Assembly (NCBI RefSeq): GCF_001194135.2
Contig: NC_068982.1
Location: forward strand, 133,805,883 to 133,869,882
Direction of reading: 5' to 3'
DNA length: 64,000 nt
From: Octopus bimaculoides
Taxonomy: Eukaryota
Shown: piece after piece, positions 25,094-37,186 of the stretch
How the letters are laid out: every line of letters begins with the position of its first letter
How positions within the stretch are numbered: position 1 is the stretch's first letter
Notes under the pieces: model-generated
The model's input: only the letters and a program-made list of their open reading frames with translations
Databases searched by the model: none
Told to the model about the DNA's origin: nothing
Program-made: the position numbers and the translations under genes

Positions 25094-27133
25094 GTAAGAA
25101 TTTAAGAATTTTCAAAAAAAAAGAAAAAAGAAAAACGGCAACAAGGTAGCAACTTAGTTTCAAGTTACACAGGAATTAGAGATTTTTAGTGCTGGGCTGA
25201 AATCAGTTAAAAACTATGTACACACTGTGTGCGTGTGTGCATGCACATATACATATGAGTATACAATGATACGCATAGTTTTATTTCATAATAATTCTTT
25301 ACTCTATGACACAGCTCTTTAAATACTTTTGTTCATTTTCATTTCTTCATCATCTTCATTTAACATCTTACTTCCATGTTGGCATGGTTTGAACAGTTTA
25401 ACAAGTTCTGACCAGTTGAACTGCATTGTATGCCAAAGTCTGCTTTGGCATGATTTCTGCAGCTGGATGCCCTTCTTAAAGTCAACCACATTACAACATA
25501 TTCTGGATGTTTTTGTTTTCATGGCACCAAAACTTGCCAAAGTGATGCAAAGAAATGCAAGATGTTAGTATCTTTCTCTGAGAGATACTGTGTAGCCATC
25601 AGTGAAATATACACAAATTTCATTTTTTTCAAGTAGACAAAAATATGATGCCATAAATTTTTCAACCCATTCTACCCACAACCATATTATATTGTCTCTA
25701 CACCCAAGCATTATTCTGGATTCTCCTTGACTACTATTGGATTCTCCATCCAATATTATAACGACTATACCAGTTCACTACCTATTGATAAGGTTACCTA
25801 TTATCAATTGGTTGGCATAACATTTAAAGAGAGGTTTCTCTCATTTATTTCAGATCTATAGGAGATAAACACCAACATAGCATACTGCAAAGGGTCATTA
25901 GAGGATATCTCTGTAAACATAAACATTACAGTTTCATTGAACTATTGTCTTTTTTTTCTTTTCTGTTTTTGTATATGTTGTTTAGCTTAATGACACAGAC
26001 CTATGATCAAAAGAATTCCTACTGTGACCATCCTGCCATATTTTCAGACTTAGTGGGTGTTAGGACTACATTATCCAATATAACTCTACCCTCTCCTTTT
26101 TTTATGGTAACGTATGATGTAACGTTAAATTGGTTGCTTATTTTAAAGCCACCATGTAGAGCCATCTCCTTTAATTTGACTTTAGTATGTGATGAAATGG
26201 TAAATGTACATGTAGAATACGAGTTCATTTCTCAGCAAGCAGAAATACCTTAAAAAGAGTTGTTTGTTCAAATGTTTATAAAAGTGTCTTTACTTGTGGT
26301 CAGATTATTGTGAAAATTGGCATTATTGCAGAAATGACTAAAATGAATTCTTTCCTATGTTTTCTGAATATTCAGCAAAGCCACTTTCCAAATAGTAACA
26401 GAGTTTGTAATCTTCCTTGATAGCTAAAACTGTTCCCTTTGCTAGATTTACTTAGAAATCTTTTGATTCTATGCTTCCACTTGTTTGTTTAGAAGTTTTC
26501 CTCTAATTTTTTTTATCTGATTCTGTTATGAGAACTACATCTGCATAAAAGTGTGTCTACTGGTCGTCAGTCAAACTCCTTTATTACTAGGTTGGAGACC
26601 TATTAATAAACAGGTGCTGAGACCTGAGCCCTGATGAACACTTGTTTGTAAGTTAATGCTTTGGATACCAACCCACCTAAGACTCTCCTTGGGTCTATGA
26701 TTACAAACTACATGATTTATAGCTGACTAAATTAAATCTTCCATGAAAATTTCATGCTAATTTAGTTTCCAAATAACAGCTTAATAACAACAAAACAATT
26801 CATTAAATTTGTTTTTATTTTCAAAGTTAACTGAAACAAAGGCAGTGTATTTCCAGAAAATATAACAAAATGGGTTAAATTCCTTATTAATTTTGTTCCA
26901 ATATTCATTTTTGCCAGTGCCTCATGTTTACATAGCTTGTGTGGCTTTCACAAGCTATTCATCTTGGCTCAGTTTTCTTGGAAACCACCAGAGTACAGAC
27001 ATTTAGAAATATTTCCTCTTAAAGAAATATTTGCTTGGATTAAATGTCAAAAATGATAGAAAATGAAATTTATCATACATGCATAATATACTTTTATTTA
27101 TTTGCTTCTTATGTTGTTTTTATCATTTATTAG

Positions 27134-27284
27134 GGATTTTTTAGACGTGCTTTACAAGATATTGGCGACCCAACTCGGAAGAAGTGTTTTTATAATAAGA
27201 ACTGTGAAATAACAGTGCAAACAAGGAACCGTTGTCAGTACTGCCGTCTGCAGAAATGTTTGGCATTGGGTATGTCGAGAACAG
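27134..27284 (+). CDS. Nuclear receptor exon: second zinc finger ([50 protein letters not shown])
   Basis: Acceptor tttattag|GGA; donor ACAG|gttagt. C-x5-C-x9-C-x2-C plus RLQKC...GMS. Confidence 0.97.
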
Positions 27285-27554
27285 GTTAGTTTAATCACGG
27301 TTCCTTGATGGAAACAATGAAATTTCATCCTTTAGCAAATGTATTTTTTCTTTGTTTAATCATTGAAGACTAAATGTAAAGCTGATCCTATTCCACACTC
27401 AGCTTTATTTTTAACTTATACATAATTAAAAAAATATGACATGTCATTATATATGTTACATGTACAGAATTGTCTTGATTTATTCTTCCAATGGTTAAAA
27501 ATAGCTCAGACTACTTTTGTCATTATCTAATTGTATTCTCTGTTTCCATTGCAG

Positions 27555-28924
27555 CTGCCAAACTTGGCCGGCGTTCTCGAAAGATGCGAGAGATGATAAA
27601 GACAATTGAAGATACTCAGACTCAACAAGCATTACACGGTTTATTAAGCTTACAGTCAGAGATGACTCCTGAGATGCTACCAGCATTTGTCCAAGCTCCC
27701 AGCCCCAGCAACTCAGATCTGTCACCTCTAGTTTCTTCAACAGCTGCTGTCACATCATCCATACCTATTGACTCAGAGGCAAACTCTGTCAACAGATCTT
27801 CTGTCACTGCGCTTTCCCTTCTTCTGAAGAACAGAGCTGTCAGCACTTGTGTCCCTAAGATGGCAGTTGAAGAGCATAAACTACTTGCTAATGGAGATAA
27901 TTCTCATATCACTAACATATCAGATGCTGAGTCTGATGAGGGCTCAAAGTTACCTGAGCCTGTTGATGACAGTCCTTATCCCAAATCCATTGCCGTTGAA
28001 CGCAGTCCTATATCTGTTCCTTCAACAGCGCACAAACCTGCTGTACAGTCGATTGTTAGTTCTATCTTAAGTATTCCTTCTAGTGTCTCATTTGGTGTTC
28101 AACAATCCTCGTTTGTATTGAAACCCAGCACCGATATTCGGCCAACTTCCCATGCAATCACTACAGTATCTCCTTCAACACAACGCTTTCATAACTCCTA
28201 TATAAATCGAACGTCGTCAGTGCAGCTTATGAACCCGGTGAGCACCAACTCAGTTGTTGTCAACAAGCACACTGACCGCGCTCTGTCCACAACTGTCAGT
28301 ACTATAACTACTACTACACAGCCATCTGTAATCGTAGCCAACACTTCATTAGATCTGCGTAAGACTTTCAAGCATGACAAACCGGTGAATCGAAGTCCAA
28401 TTAAAAAGCGACCCTACATGATTTCTGAGCAAGAGGAGAGCTGTAATAGTATTCAGCCAAGTAAACACATCAAGCAAGAGGTGAAGGACAATGACAGCTG
28501 TTTCAATAATCTGTCACCTAAGGAGACTGTGTCTCCAGAACCGGTGAATCTATCCTGTAATATGACATCTACTCCCTGGCATCGAATGGAACAGCAGATA
28601 CCTGACACGACATCCCCTAGTTTAACTGTAGTCAAACAAGAACGGCTCAGTTATCGGTCATCTGCTGACCATGTGATGACTTTGCCATCTGCAGCTCATG
28701 ATAATGCTGCTGGTGCAAGCATTAGCGGACACCATTTGAATAGTTTGCGTAGAAGTGAGGATGAAACCATTCCAAACATGACAATGATAATAGAAGAAGC
28801 TTTCAGCAATAGCTTCGGTTGCCAAGAAAGTCGGATGACAGCCATTCAAATGCGTTATCAAGAGCTGAAGCCAGGCAAAATATTGGACAGTATGATAGGG
28901 AAACGTCTTAATGAGGATATACAG
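27555..28924 (+). CDS. Nuclear receptor exon: CTE (AAKLGRRSRK), long Ser/Thr-rich hinge and start of LBD
   Basis: Lies inside ORF 27491..29005. Acceptor ccattgcag|CT completes the Ala codon; donor ATACAG|gtaagt; 1370 bp with no stop. Confidence 0.93.
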
Positions 28925-29023
28925 GTAAGTGATCCAAGTAACAAATGGTGGCTGTGTGCAGTTTTTTTTTTTTTTGTGTGTTTTTATTCAGTATTGCTTT
29001 TATGATGGTTTTAAATTTTCTTT

Positions 29024-29499
29024 TAAACCATTTAGCATGTACACTGGCTATATACAACCCAAATATTTGACCGTTTATGTTCAATCTGGCCAGATCCTGC
29101 CTCTCACACCTACCCTATAATGTGAATCTAAAAATGAACAATCACATCATCAAGATCTCAGAGCTTCAAGATAATGCATAATTAATTCAAAATAGTTAAA
29201 CTAAATAAGCATTACATTTAACAGAGTAATATGAATGCTAAAGGAGGGTGGCGAGCTGGCAGAATCATTAGCACGCCGGGCAAAATGCTTAGTGGTATTT
29301 CGTCTGCCATTACGTTCTGAGTTCAAATTCTGCTGAGGTCAACTTTGCCTTTCTTCCTTCTGGGGTTGATTAAATAAGTACCAGTTACGCACTGGGATCG
29401 ATGTATCGACTTAATCTCTTTGTCTGTCCTTGTTTGTCCCCTTCTATGTTTAGCCCCCTGTGGGCAATAAAGAAACAAATATGAATGCTAAAGGGTTAA
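29024..29499. mobile_element. TTAA-flanked piggyBac-like MITE interrupted by a SINE
   Basis: Left end TTAAACCATTTAGCAT; right end ATGCTAAAGGGTTAA (inverted CCCTTTAGCAT plus TTAA). Confidence 0.7.
29245..29477 (+). mobile_element. Young full-length tRNA SINE with 17-bp target-site duplication
   Basis: AATATGAATGCTAAAGG at 29228-29244 and 29478-29494. Intact A/B boxes and several retained CpGs. Confidence 0.92.
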
Positions 29500-30196
29500 G
29501 CATATTTGTTATTTATTTCAGAGAGCAGTGGATTGGTAGGACCATTAGTGTTGGGAAAAATGTGAAGTACTGGAATCAATGATATTGACTAACCCTTCCC
29601 TAAAAAAATTGCTGGCCTGTACCTTAATTAGAAACAATTATTAACAATGTTTCATGATATGTATTGTTTATATCAATAGTTCAGTTATTTTCCTTAAATG
29701 GAAGATGTATACATGATATAATCTACCCACATGTGTGTAGGTGATGTTATAATCAGTTGGTCTTATTGATATTCATTTTATCAATGCTATACTGATTAGA
29801 AATAATGTGAATATTGCACTGGGATTTGAACCAGAACAGTAAAATATTTCCACTTGCTTGTTTCCGCTAATGTCATTATCACCATCATTATCATTCATCA
29901 GTTTTGCATCCACTTCAAGGCAATGTCCTACCATGTCTGCGTTTGCATCATCATCATCATTGTTTTTTCGGTCCATTATTCCATGCTGGCATGGGTTAGA
30001 TGAAACTTAATGAGGTAAAATTTCTGTGGCTGGATGCTCTTCCTGTCACCAAACCTCATTTGTTTTACAAGTCAAGTATTTTTCATTCCATTGATCTCCA
30101 CTGAAATGCAGGACATTTGATTACTAGACAATATAAACAATGTCACCATTTTTAGTTCAGAAGGCCTTATATCTATGAAGACATACAAAATTAATG

Positions 30197-30234
<38 letters not shown>

Positions 30235-30494
30235 NNNNNNNNNNNNNNNNNNNNNNNNNNNNNNNNNNNNNNNNNNNNNNNNNNNNNNNNNNNNNNNNNN
30301 NNNNNNNNNNNNNNNNNNNNNNNNNNNNNNNNNNNNNNNNNNNNNNNNNNNNNNNNNNNNNNNNNNNNNNNNNNNNNNNNNNNNNNNNNNNNNNNNNNNN
30401 NNNNNNNNNNNNNNNNNNNNNNNNNNNNNNNNNNNNNNNNNNNNNNNNNNNNNNNNNNNNNNNNNNNNNNNNNNNNNNNNNNNNNNNNNNNNNN

Positions 30495-30551
<57 letters not shown>

Positions 30552-31997
30552 TACACACATTGCTATCAAATACACAACAGCTTTGCATTTGAAAGCAAGG
30601 CTGTTCTATTTACTGAAAACCATGCAAGTAAAGATGGAGAAAACACACACATAAACATCTCAATCAATTAGTTTTCTCTGTTTATGCTAGGTTACCACTT
30701 TGTAATAATAAATATCCTACTATAAATCTACCGTACATTTAACTGACATCACCAACAACAATTCTTAAAATGTCAAAACAAACTGTAAACCAAACTAAGT
30801 GGAAACTGCCCCAATTTTTTCCTGTGCAGTTTCCTTTATGACTGAAATAGCCAACATCATCATTTAACATCCATTGTCCCCATAATCCACCATTCATTGT
30901 ATTCACAATTCTTTACAATTGTTGCCTACCTTCCTCACCTTATCCATCCCCTCATCTGTCACTCTCCCATACACTGTTGCAGCTCCCCTCACACACACCT
31001 CGTTCCTCTGTCCCCACTCTACTTCTACTCATCTTAAACCTTATGGGGCCACCTGAATACTTCATCACCACTATATTATCTCTCTCCAGTTTCACTCGTT
31101 TTCAATCTTCCTTCTAAATGTGAGTAGCCATGTAGCTTCTCGGCAGCAAAATATCCTATTCAGCCCCTTTCCTCCCATACTTTAATCCCTTATCTCCTAC
31201 CACAAGGCCCCCCACCCGTCCTTAGGGCTCATTGTCTTCCTTGCTGCATGGCAACCTCACCAGAGCTGGCAGCATGCAAAAGCACCCAGTACATGCTGTA
31301 AAGAGGTTAGCATTAGGAAGGGCATCTTGCCATAGAAACCATGTCAAAGCAGACACTGGAACATTGGATCCCATCAAACCATCCAACACATGCCAGCATG
31401 GAAGATGGTTGGTAGATGAGGAGGAGGAGGAGGCAGAAGAGGAAATGATTTATCTGAGCAAAAGTTTTGTTTTCAAAATCGACTTGAAGTTTTATTGTAT
31501 TTGAACAATGCTCTGTTCCATAAGTGAATCTAAGCAAGGCTGCTATGTACCTTTCATGAAGAGAAAATCTTCTGTATTATGGTTTTGAATGAAAGGTGGC
31601 TGAGTGTTAAGTGGTTAATATGTTACATTTCTAGCACAGATTTAATGATTACCAATTTCTGTGTCACAGTTACTTTATTTTATTTTATTTTATTTTATTT
31701 ACTGACTCATTTAAGTAGGAATGTGTTGTAACACTTCTATTTTGATGTAGATGTTGGTGGTGTATGAGGACTATTTTATATTTATACTTTAATTTTGAGT
31801 TTAGTACCAGGGAGGATATTACTGCTTGAAGGTTAACCTCGACAACTCTTACAAATATCTAAATTTTCTAAACTATGCTGTGATAGCATATTCTATCACA
31901 AGATATAGATATAATTGTGTGTGTGTGTGTGTGTTATATTTCTTGTTGAATGGGGATTTAGCTGCTGACAATAGACATTTAAGGGCCTGGCTAAATA

Positions 31998-32160
31998 CTT
32001 TGGCAAGGTACTTAAAGTCATTAACCTCCTTCAGTTGTGTGCCATCATTGAAGTGGATTGGCAGGTGGTTCTCACCTGCATTAATGGTCATGTTGTCAGT
32101 TTTCTTTTCCTTGAGAAACAGCTCTGACTTATGCTACAGCATTCTCAAGAGATATTAATA
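31998..32160 (-). mobile_element. RTE-like LINE reverse-transcriptase fragment
   Basis: Minus-strand translation LFLKEKKTDNMTINAGENHLPIHFNDGTQLKEVNDFKYL matches the LINE RT motif GL.LN..KT..M....I...G..LE.V..FKYLG. Confidence 0.75.
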
Positions 32161-32184
32161 AGTTTTATGCATCGCACAGTTGAG

Positions 32185-32320
32185 CTGAGGGGGCAAGATT
32201 CTCAGCCTGGTCAAAACATATGACAATCACATGTTTTTAAAACAACAAGGCTGGTCTTCAGGGAATGTGTAGAGATCATATTTCTTTATCGAGTCAAAAC
32301 CTGGACTATGAAGAAGGATC
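32185..32320 (+). mobile_element. RTE-like LINE fragment (post-RT region)
   Basis: The + frame TTRLVFRECVEIIFLYRVKTWTMKKD matches the RTE motif KLRxFRACVxSxLLYGxETWT. Confidence 0.7.
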
Positions 32321-32328
32321 TTCCACTA

Positions 32329-32605
32329 CCTGGTTGTGTCACCACAACTTATAGTGGTTTGGGGCAAGTCTAGGGCATTCATTCATTGCAGATGCGGCAC
32401 ATTGGAGACATTTGCTCATTCTTCAGGTCGACCTTTGAGTTTGTAGCCAAAGCTCAGTCCTGCGCTGCCCGTATAATGCTCTTGGTCTCTTTTTTTAGGG
32501 TTCCTTTCATCAGCCAATCCCACTTACTTTTTCCAGCAACTTCTGCTGTGACTACATGGAATTGATTGTGTAGTCCCTTCTTGTGTAATTCTTCATGTCC
32601 TTTTT
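32329..32605 (-). mobile_element. Dong/R4-clade (RLE-type) LINE fragment with CCHC zinc-knuckle region
   Basis: Minus translation GHEELHKKGLHNQFHVVTAEVAGKSKWDWLMKGTLKKETKSIIRAAQD*ALATNS...SPMCRICNE*..CPRLAPNHYKLW*HNQ matches the R4-type pattern LHGQF..W.WL..G.LK.ETE..I.AAQ.QAL.T..CR.C...C..LA..Y..RH. Confidence 0.8.
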
Positions 32606-33309
32606 GTACTTATTATTATTATCATTATGACTGAGCCGGCAAAATTGTTAGTGCATTAGACAAAATGCTTAGCAACATTTCTTCTGGCTCTTTACATTTT
32701 GTGTCCAAGTTCTGTTGTGGTTGACTTTGAGGTCAAGCTTACTTTTTCATCCTTTCAGGGTCAATAAAGTACCAGAAAAATATTGAAATCTATTCGATTG
32801 ACTAATCCCTTCTCCAAATTTCCCACCTTTGCATCTATCTATATTAGAATGGTTATTTATTATTGTTGTTGTTATTGTTGTTAACCTCAGTGGATCAAGG
32901 AATCAGTGAAATACTGGTTGTATTTCATTGTTCTTAACCCAGATTCCACAACACCCACCTTGTCCTCCTGTACCAGTTAATTACTAAGATGGGTTTCATC
33001 AACTGTACTTACCTTTAAATTGTGCCAGTACTAGAAATCATTATTGTAGATGGCAGAATAGATATCAAACAAAATTTTTTGGTATTTAGTTCCATCTCGT
33101 TACCACCATCACCACCATCATCTGTATCAGTTACTAGAGGCAGTGTAAAAATAAGTTATTTCCTAAATATTTATAACTTTGCACCAGTTAAATAATTATT
33201 TTTGAAAGTCTTTACTTTTTTTTTATAGTTTATTTAATGTTTTATATTTTGGGATCATTTACAAATGTTAGAAATAATTTTTAGCTTGAAAAAATCATTG
33301 TTATTATTA

Positions 33310-34355
33310 AAGCGTAGTGAATGGTTAAATTGGTTGAGCATGAAGCACATTACTTTGTAGAATTTTGATTTATCTTCTCATGTTCTGAGTTCAAACCCAA
33401 CGAAAGTACACTTTGCCTTTCATCATTTCAGGGGCCAATAAAGTACTGGCCAGGTACTGGGGTTGATGTAATCAACTTAACAACCCCTAAAACTTGCTGG
33501 CCTTGTGCCAAAATTTGAAAGTCTTATTACTGAAGCAGTCAGCTAGTAGAAACATTAGAGTGGCAAACAAAATACCTTGTGGTATTTCTTCCAGCACTTT
33601 ACTTTCTGAGTTCAAATCCTGCTGAGGTCAACTTTGCCTTTCATTCTTGTGAAGTCCATAAAATAGATGTTCAAGTACTGGGATTGGTGGTATTGACTAA
33701 TCCCCTTTCCTCAAAATCATCAGACTTCTGCCTAAATGTTTAGTGGCATTCCATCCATCATTACATTCTGAGTTCAAATTCCACCAAGATCTACTTTACC
33801 TTTCATCCTTTCAGGGTCAATGTAACTGACTATCCCCTTTCCCCAAAGTATCAGGCCTTGTGCCTATAATAGAAAGGATTGTTATTATTATTTAAAAAAT
33901 TTTGTATGTTATGCATATGTCCCTTCTTTTTCAGTGTATACTTTCTTTGTTTCATTTTTTTTTTTTTCCATCATTTCATTATATGTAAACCCCACACTTT
34001 ATGGGGTCTTTGTATTGTCCCCACTCATCCTTCACCCTTGTGGCAAATAAATGAAATCATTATCATTATTGAGGCAGAATCATTAACATGCTGGACAAAA
34101 TGCTTAGTGGTATTTTGCCCATCGCTACATTCTGAGTTCAAATTCCACCGGGGTTGATAAATTAAGTATCAGTGAAACACTGGGATTGATGTAATCGACT
34201 AGTCCACTCCTCCAAAATTTCAGGCTTGTGCCTTTAGTAGAAAGGATTATTATTATTATTATCATCTACTACAGATACAAGGCCTGAAATTTTGCTGGAT
34301 GGGGCTAGTTGGTTATAATCAACTAAATTGCCTTTAAATGACATTATTATTATTA

Positions 34356-34387
<32 letters not shown>

Positions 34388-35080
34388 GTTATTATTTATT
34401 GTCGTTAAGACAGTGAGCTGGCAGAATTGTTAGCACACGGGGCAAAATGCTTAGTGGCATTTCGTCAGCCTTTATGGTCTGAGTTCAAATTCTGCCAAGG
34501 TCGACTTCGCCTTTCATCCTTTTTGGGGTTGATAAATGAAGTACCAGTCAAGTACTGGGATCAATGTGGTCGACTTTCCCCATCCCCAAAATTTCAGGCC
34601 TTGTGCCTATAGTAGAAAGGATTATTATTATAATTATTGTTTTATTTCTAATTTAGGCACAAGGCCAGCAATTTTGTAAAGTGGAGATTAGTCAATCCCA
34701 TTGGCTCTAGTGCTATGTCCTTTATTTTATTAACCCTGGAGTTATGAAAAGTAGAGTTGACCTCAACGGGATCTGAATCAGTAATGTGTCAAATCTTGCT
34801 AAGGCCAACTTTGTCTTTCATCCTTTCAGGGTTTTGAAAAATAAAGACCCCAGTCAAGTACTGGAACTGATGGTATCAACTTATCCTTTCCCCTTTAATT
34901 TGCCCCAAAATAATAATAATAATAATAATCTTTTTTACTATAGGCACATACTCAACTGGTACTTATTTTCTCAACCTCAGAAGGATAAAAGTTAAATTCA
35001 AGCTCAGTAGAATTTGAATTGAGAATGTAAAGCAGGATATCTTCCTGCTAAGCATTTTGCCCAGCTTGCTGCCTCCCTAA
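33310..35080. mobile_element. Cluster of ~8 Meta-like SINEs (five + in tandem to 34625, then -/+/-)
   Basis: Repeated B-box and core with (ATT)n linkers. The best copy is 34405-34625. Confidence 0.85.
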
Positions 35081-35178
35081 AATAATAATAATAAGGGTTT
35101 CTTGATATCATTATTGTTTTGGGGTACATGGCTAAATACTTTACAATTTTTTAGTTTTATTTATTTTGTTTGTTTATG

Positions 35179-35216
<38 letters not shown>

Positions 35217-35238
35217 AAACCTTGTCATTATCAAGATG

Positions 35239-35325
<87 letters not shown>

Positions 35326-35847
35326 TTCATTGTCTGCTCACATGTTTGTGTTACATAAATTTCAATGTTTACTCTCTTATTGTTGGTTTATTGGTACATT
35401 GTATTTTTGTCGTACTTGTAAATAATTTAACCTATCATTGTTTTACTAAATACCTCTTCATAAGCCTCTTTATTTTCAATATTCCAAATTCTGTGTGAAT
35501 ACATGTCTGAATATTTCTTCAGATATTTGTATATGCATGCATTATTAACTGTTTTGATAAAATATTTCTGTTAAAATAAAATGACTCTGTTTCAATTAAT
35601 TTTAAAAATAATGAAGAATTTAATTAAAAAAGAAACCTTGTCATTATTAAGATGGTATTTGAAATTATAATGAAAATTTAAAGAATAGTTTTAATTTAAA
35701 TCACATTAAAGAGGAAGTTTGTATCACAAAAGCAAGGACAGTCTCAAGAGGGTTTCTGTCATAAGTATTTCTGTATGTATATATTTTGTGTGTCAGAAAA
35801 CGTGTTAAATATTTCATATCTAAATTTCAATCCTTTTTGTCTTTCAG

Positions 35848-36024
35848 AATGGTCCCTCATTGTCTTCTAGAACTGAAAAGTTAGGCGATCTTTGCTGGCA
35901 AAGTTTTCAACACCGTATTAACAAAACCATACAAGATGTAATAGTATTTGCTAAAAAAATCCCTGGCTTTACATCGTTAGAACAAGACAGTCAGATTAAA
36001 TTGATAAAAGGGGGTTGTTTTGAG
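35848..36024 (+). CDS. Nuclear receptor exon: LBD helices 3-5 (NGPSLSSRTEKLGDLCWQSFQHRINKTIQDVIVFAKKIPGFTSLEQDSQIKLIKGGCFE)
   Basis: Acceptor tttgtctttcag|AAT; donor GAG|gtgaat. Contains the NR signature FAKxIPGFxxL. Confidence 0.96.
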
Positions 36025-36669
36025 GTGAATATTGTTTATATTATTTTTTGATTTGGGGGATTTATTTTCCTCCCTGACTCTATTGAGGTGTTCATTATTT
36101 CTGTAATTTAAATTCTGCAATATTATTAAATTTGTAAAAGAATGCTTCTTTAATTTTCCATAACTGAAATCCTCTCAAACTAATGATGAGACGTTTTGGT
36201 GCTGTCTGTTTGACATGAAAAGTTGTAAAAAAAAAATATATATATATATAATTATTTTTACATTAAATATGTAAAAATAAAGGTATTATTCAGTAAGAAC
36301 GTTTTGGTTGTTGTAAATGGTGGTGCTTAGCAGACCTCTATGATCAAAGGCTTTCCAACTGTGACCATCCAGTCTTATTACATATATAGGGCTACATTGT
36401 CTGATTTATTATTAACTTATTTGTGAGGAATATTTCTAATGTCTGTAGCAAGAACACTGAGAAACCACATGAAGCACTGTTACTAGTTCAAATTCTGACT
36501 TGTACTTCTTCACTGCTTCATAATTTTTCATGATGGTCGTATAAGTTGTAATAGTATTAATGCTACTTAACTACATGTTTAATGATGCTATGTGTATGGT
36601 AAATGTTGTTAAATATTTGCCTAATGTTTCTGGTTATACATTTATTTATTTATATTTCTCTTTTTTCAG

Positions 36670-36889
36670 ATTGCTTGTGTAGTTCATTCCAATTTGGTTG
36701 ATGGGGACAACAATACCATTATAGCCTCAGACTCTGGGTTGCTAATGAGCCGAGATGACATGAAAGCTGGATTTCCTCTTGGAGAACATTTTGTTGACTT
36801 TCTCTTTAACTTCTGTACCCGCTTCAATGCCTTTAATTTGCGTGACATAGAAACAGCATTGTTCAGTTCTCTGGTGCTAATATCTCCAG
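36670..36889 (+). CDS. Nuclear receptor exon: LBD helices 5-8 (IACVVHSNLVDGDNNT...FNAFNLRDIETALFSSLVLISP)
   Basis: Acceptor ttttttcag|ATT; donor CCAG|gtaact. The LxDxExALFSxxVLIS-P motif is typical of NR1 helix 8. Confidence 0.95.
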
Positions 36890-37148
36890 GTAACTTCTTA
36901 ACACTATTTAATTTTCTTTTGTTTTTCTTCACTAATGTACTTATATCTTTTTATCTATATATTTGATCATCATTGTTTTAACCTTTACTTGTTCATACCT
37001 TGGATCAGACAAAATTTGTTGTGATAGATTTTCTATAGATACTCTTCATGTCACCAATTCTCACAGGTTTCTAAGCAAGGTGATATTTCCTGTAATCTTA
37101 AAGTTAGCAACCAAGTGACATTTGCTGACAATTAGTACAGTGTCAAGA

Positions 37149-37185
<37 letters not shown>

Positions 37186-37186
37186 T

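Noticed and set aside
27491-27554. ATG-started ORF extension MVKNSSDYFCHYLIVFSVSI and C-terminal extension VSDPSNKWW... (28925-29005)
   Set aside because: Intronic read-through beyond clear splice sites. Splicing at 27555 and 28924 restores continuous NR domains.
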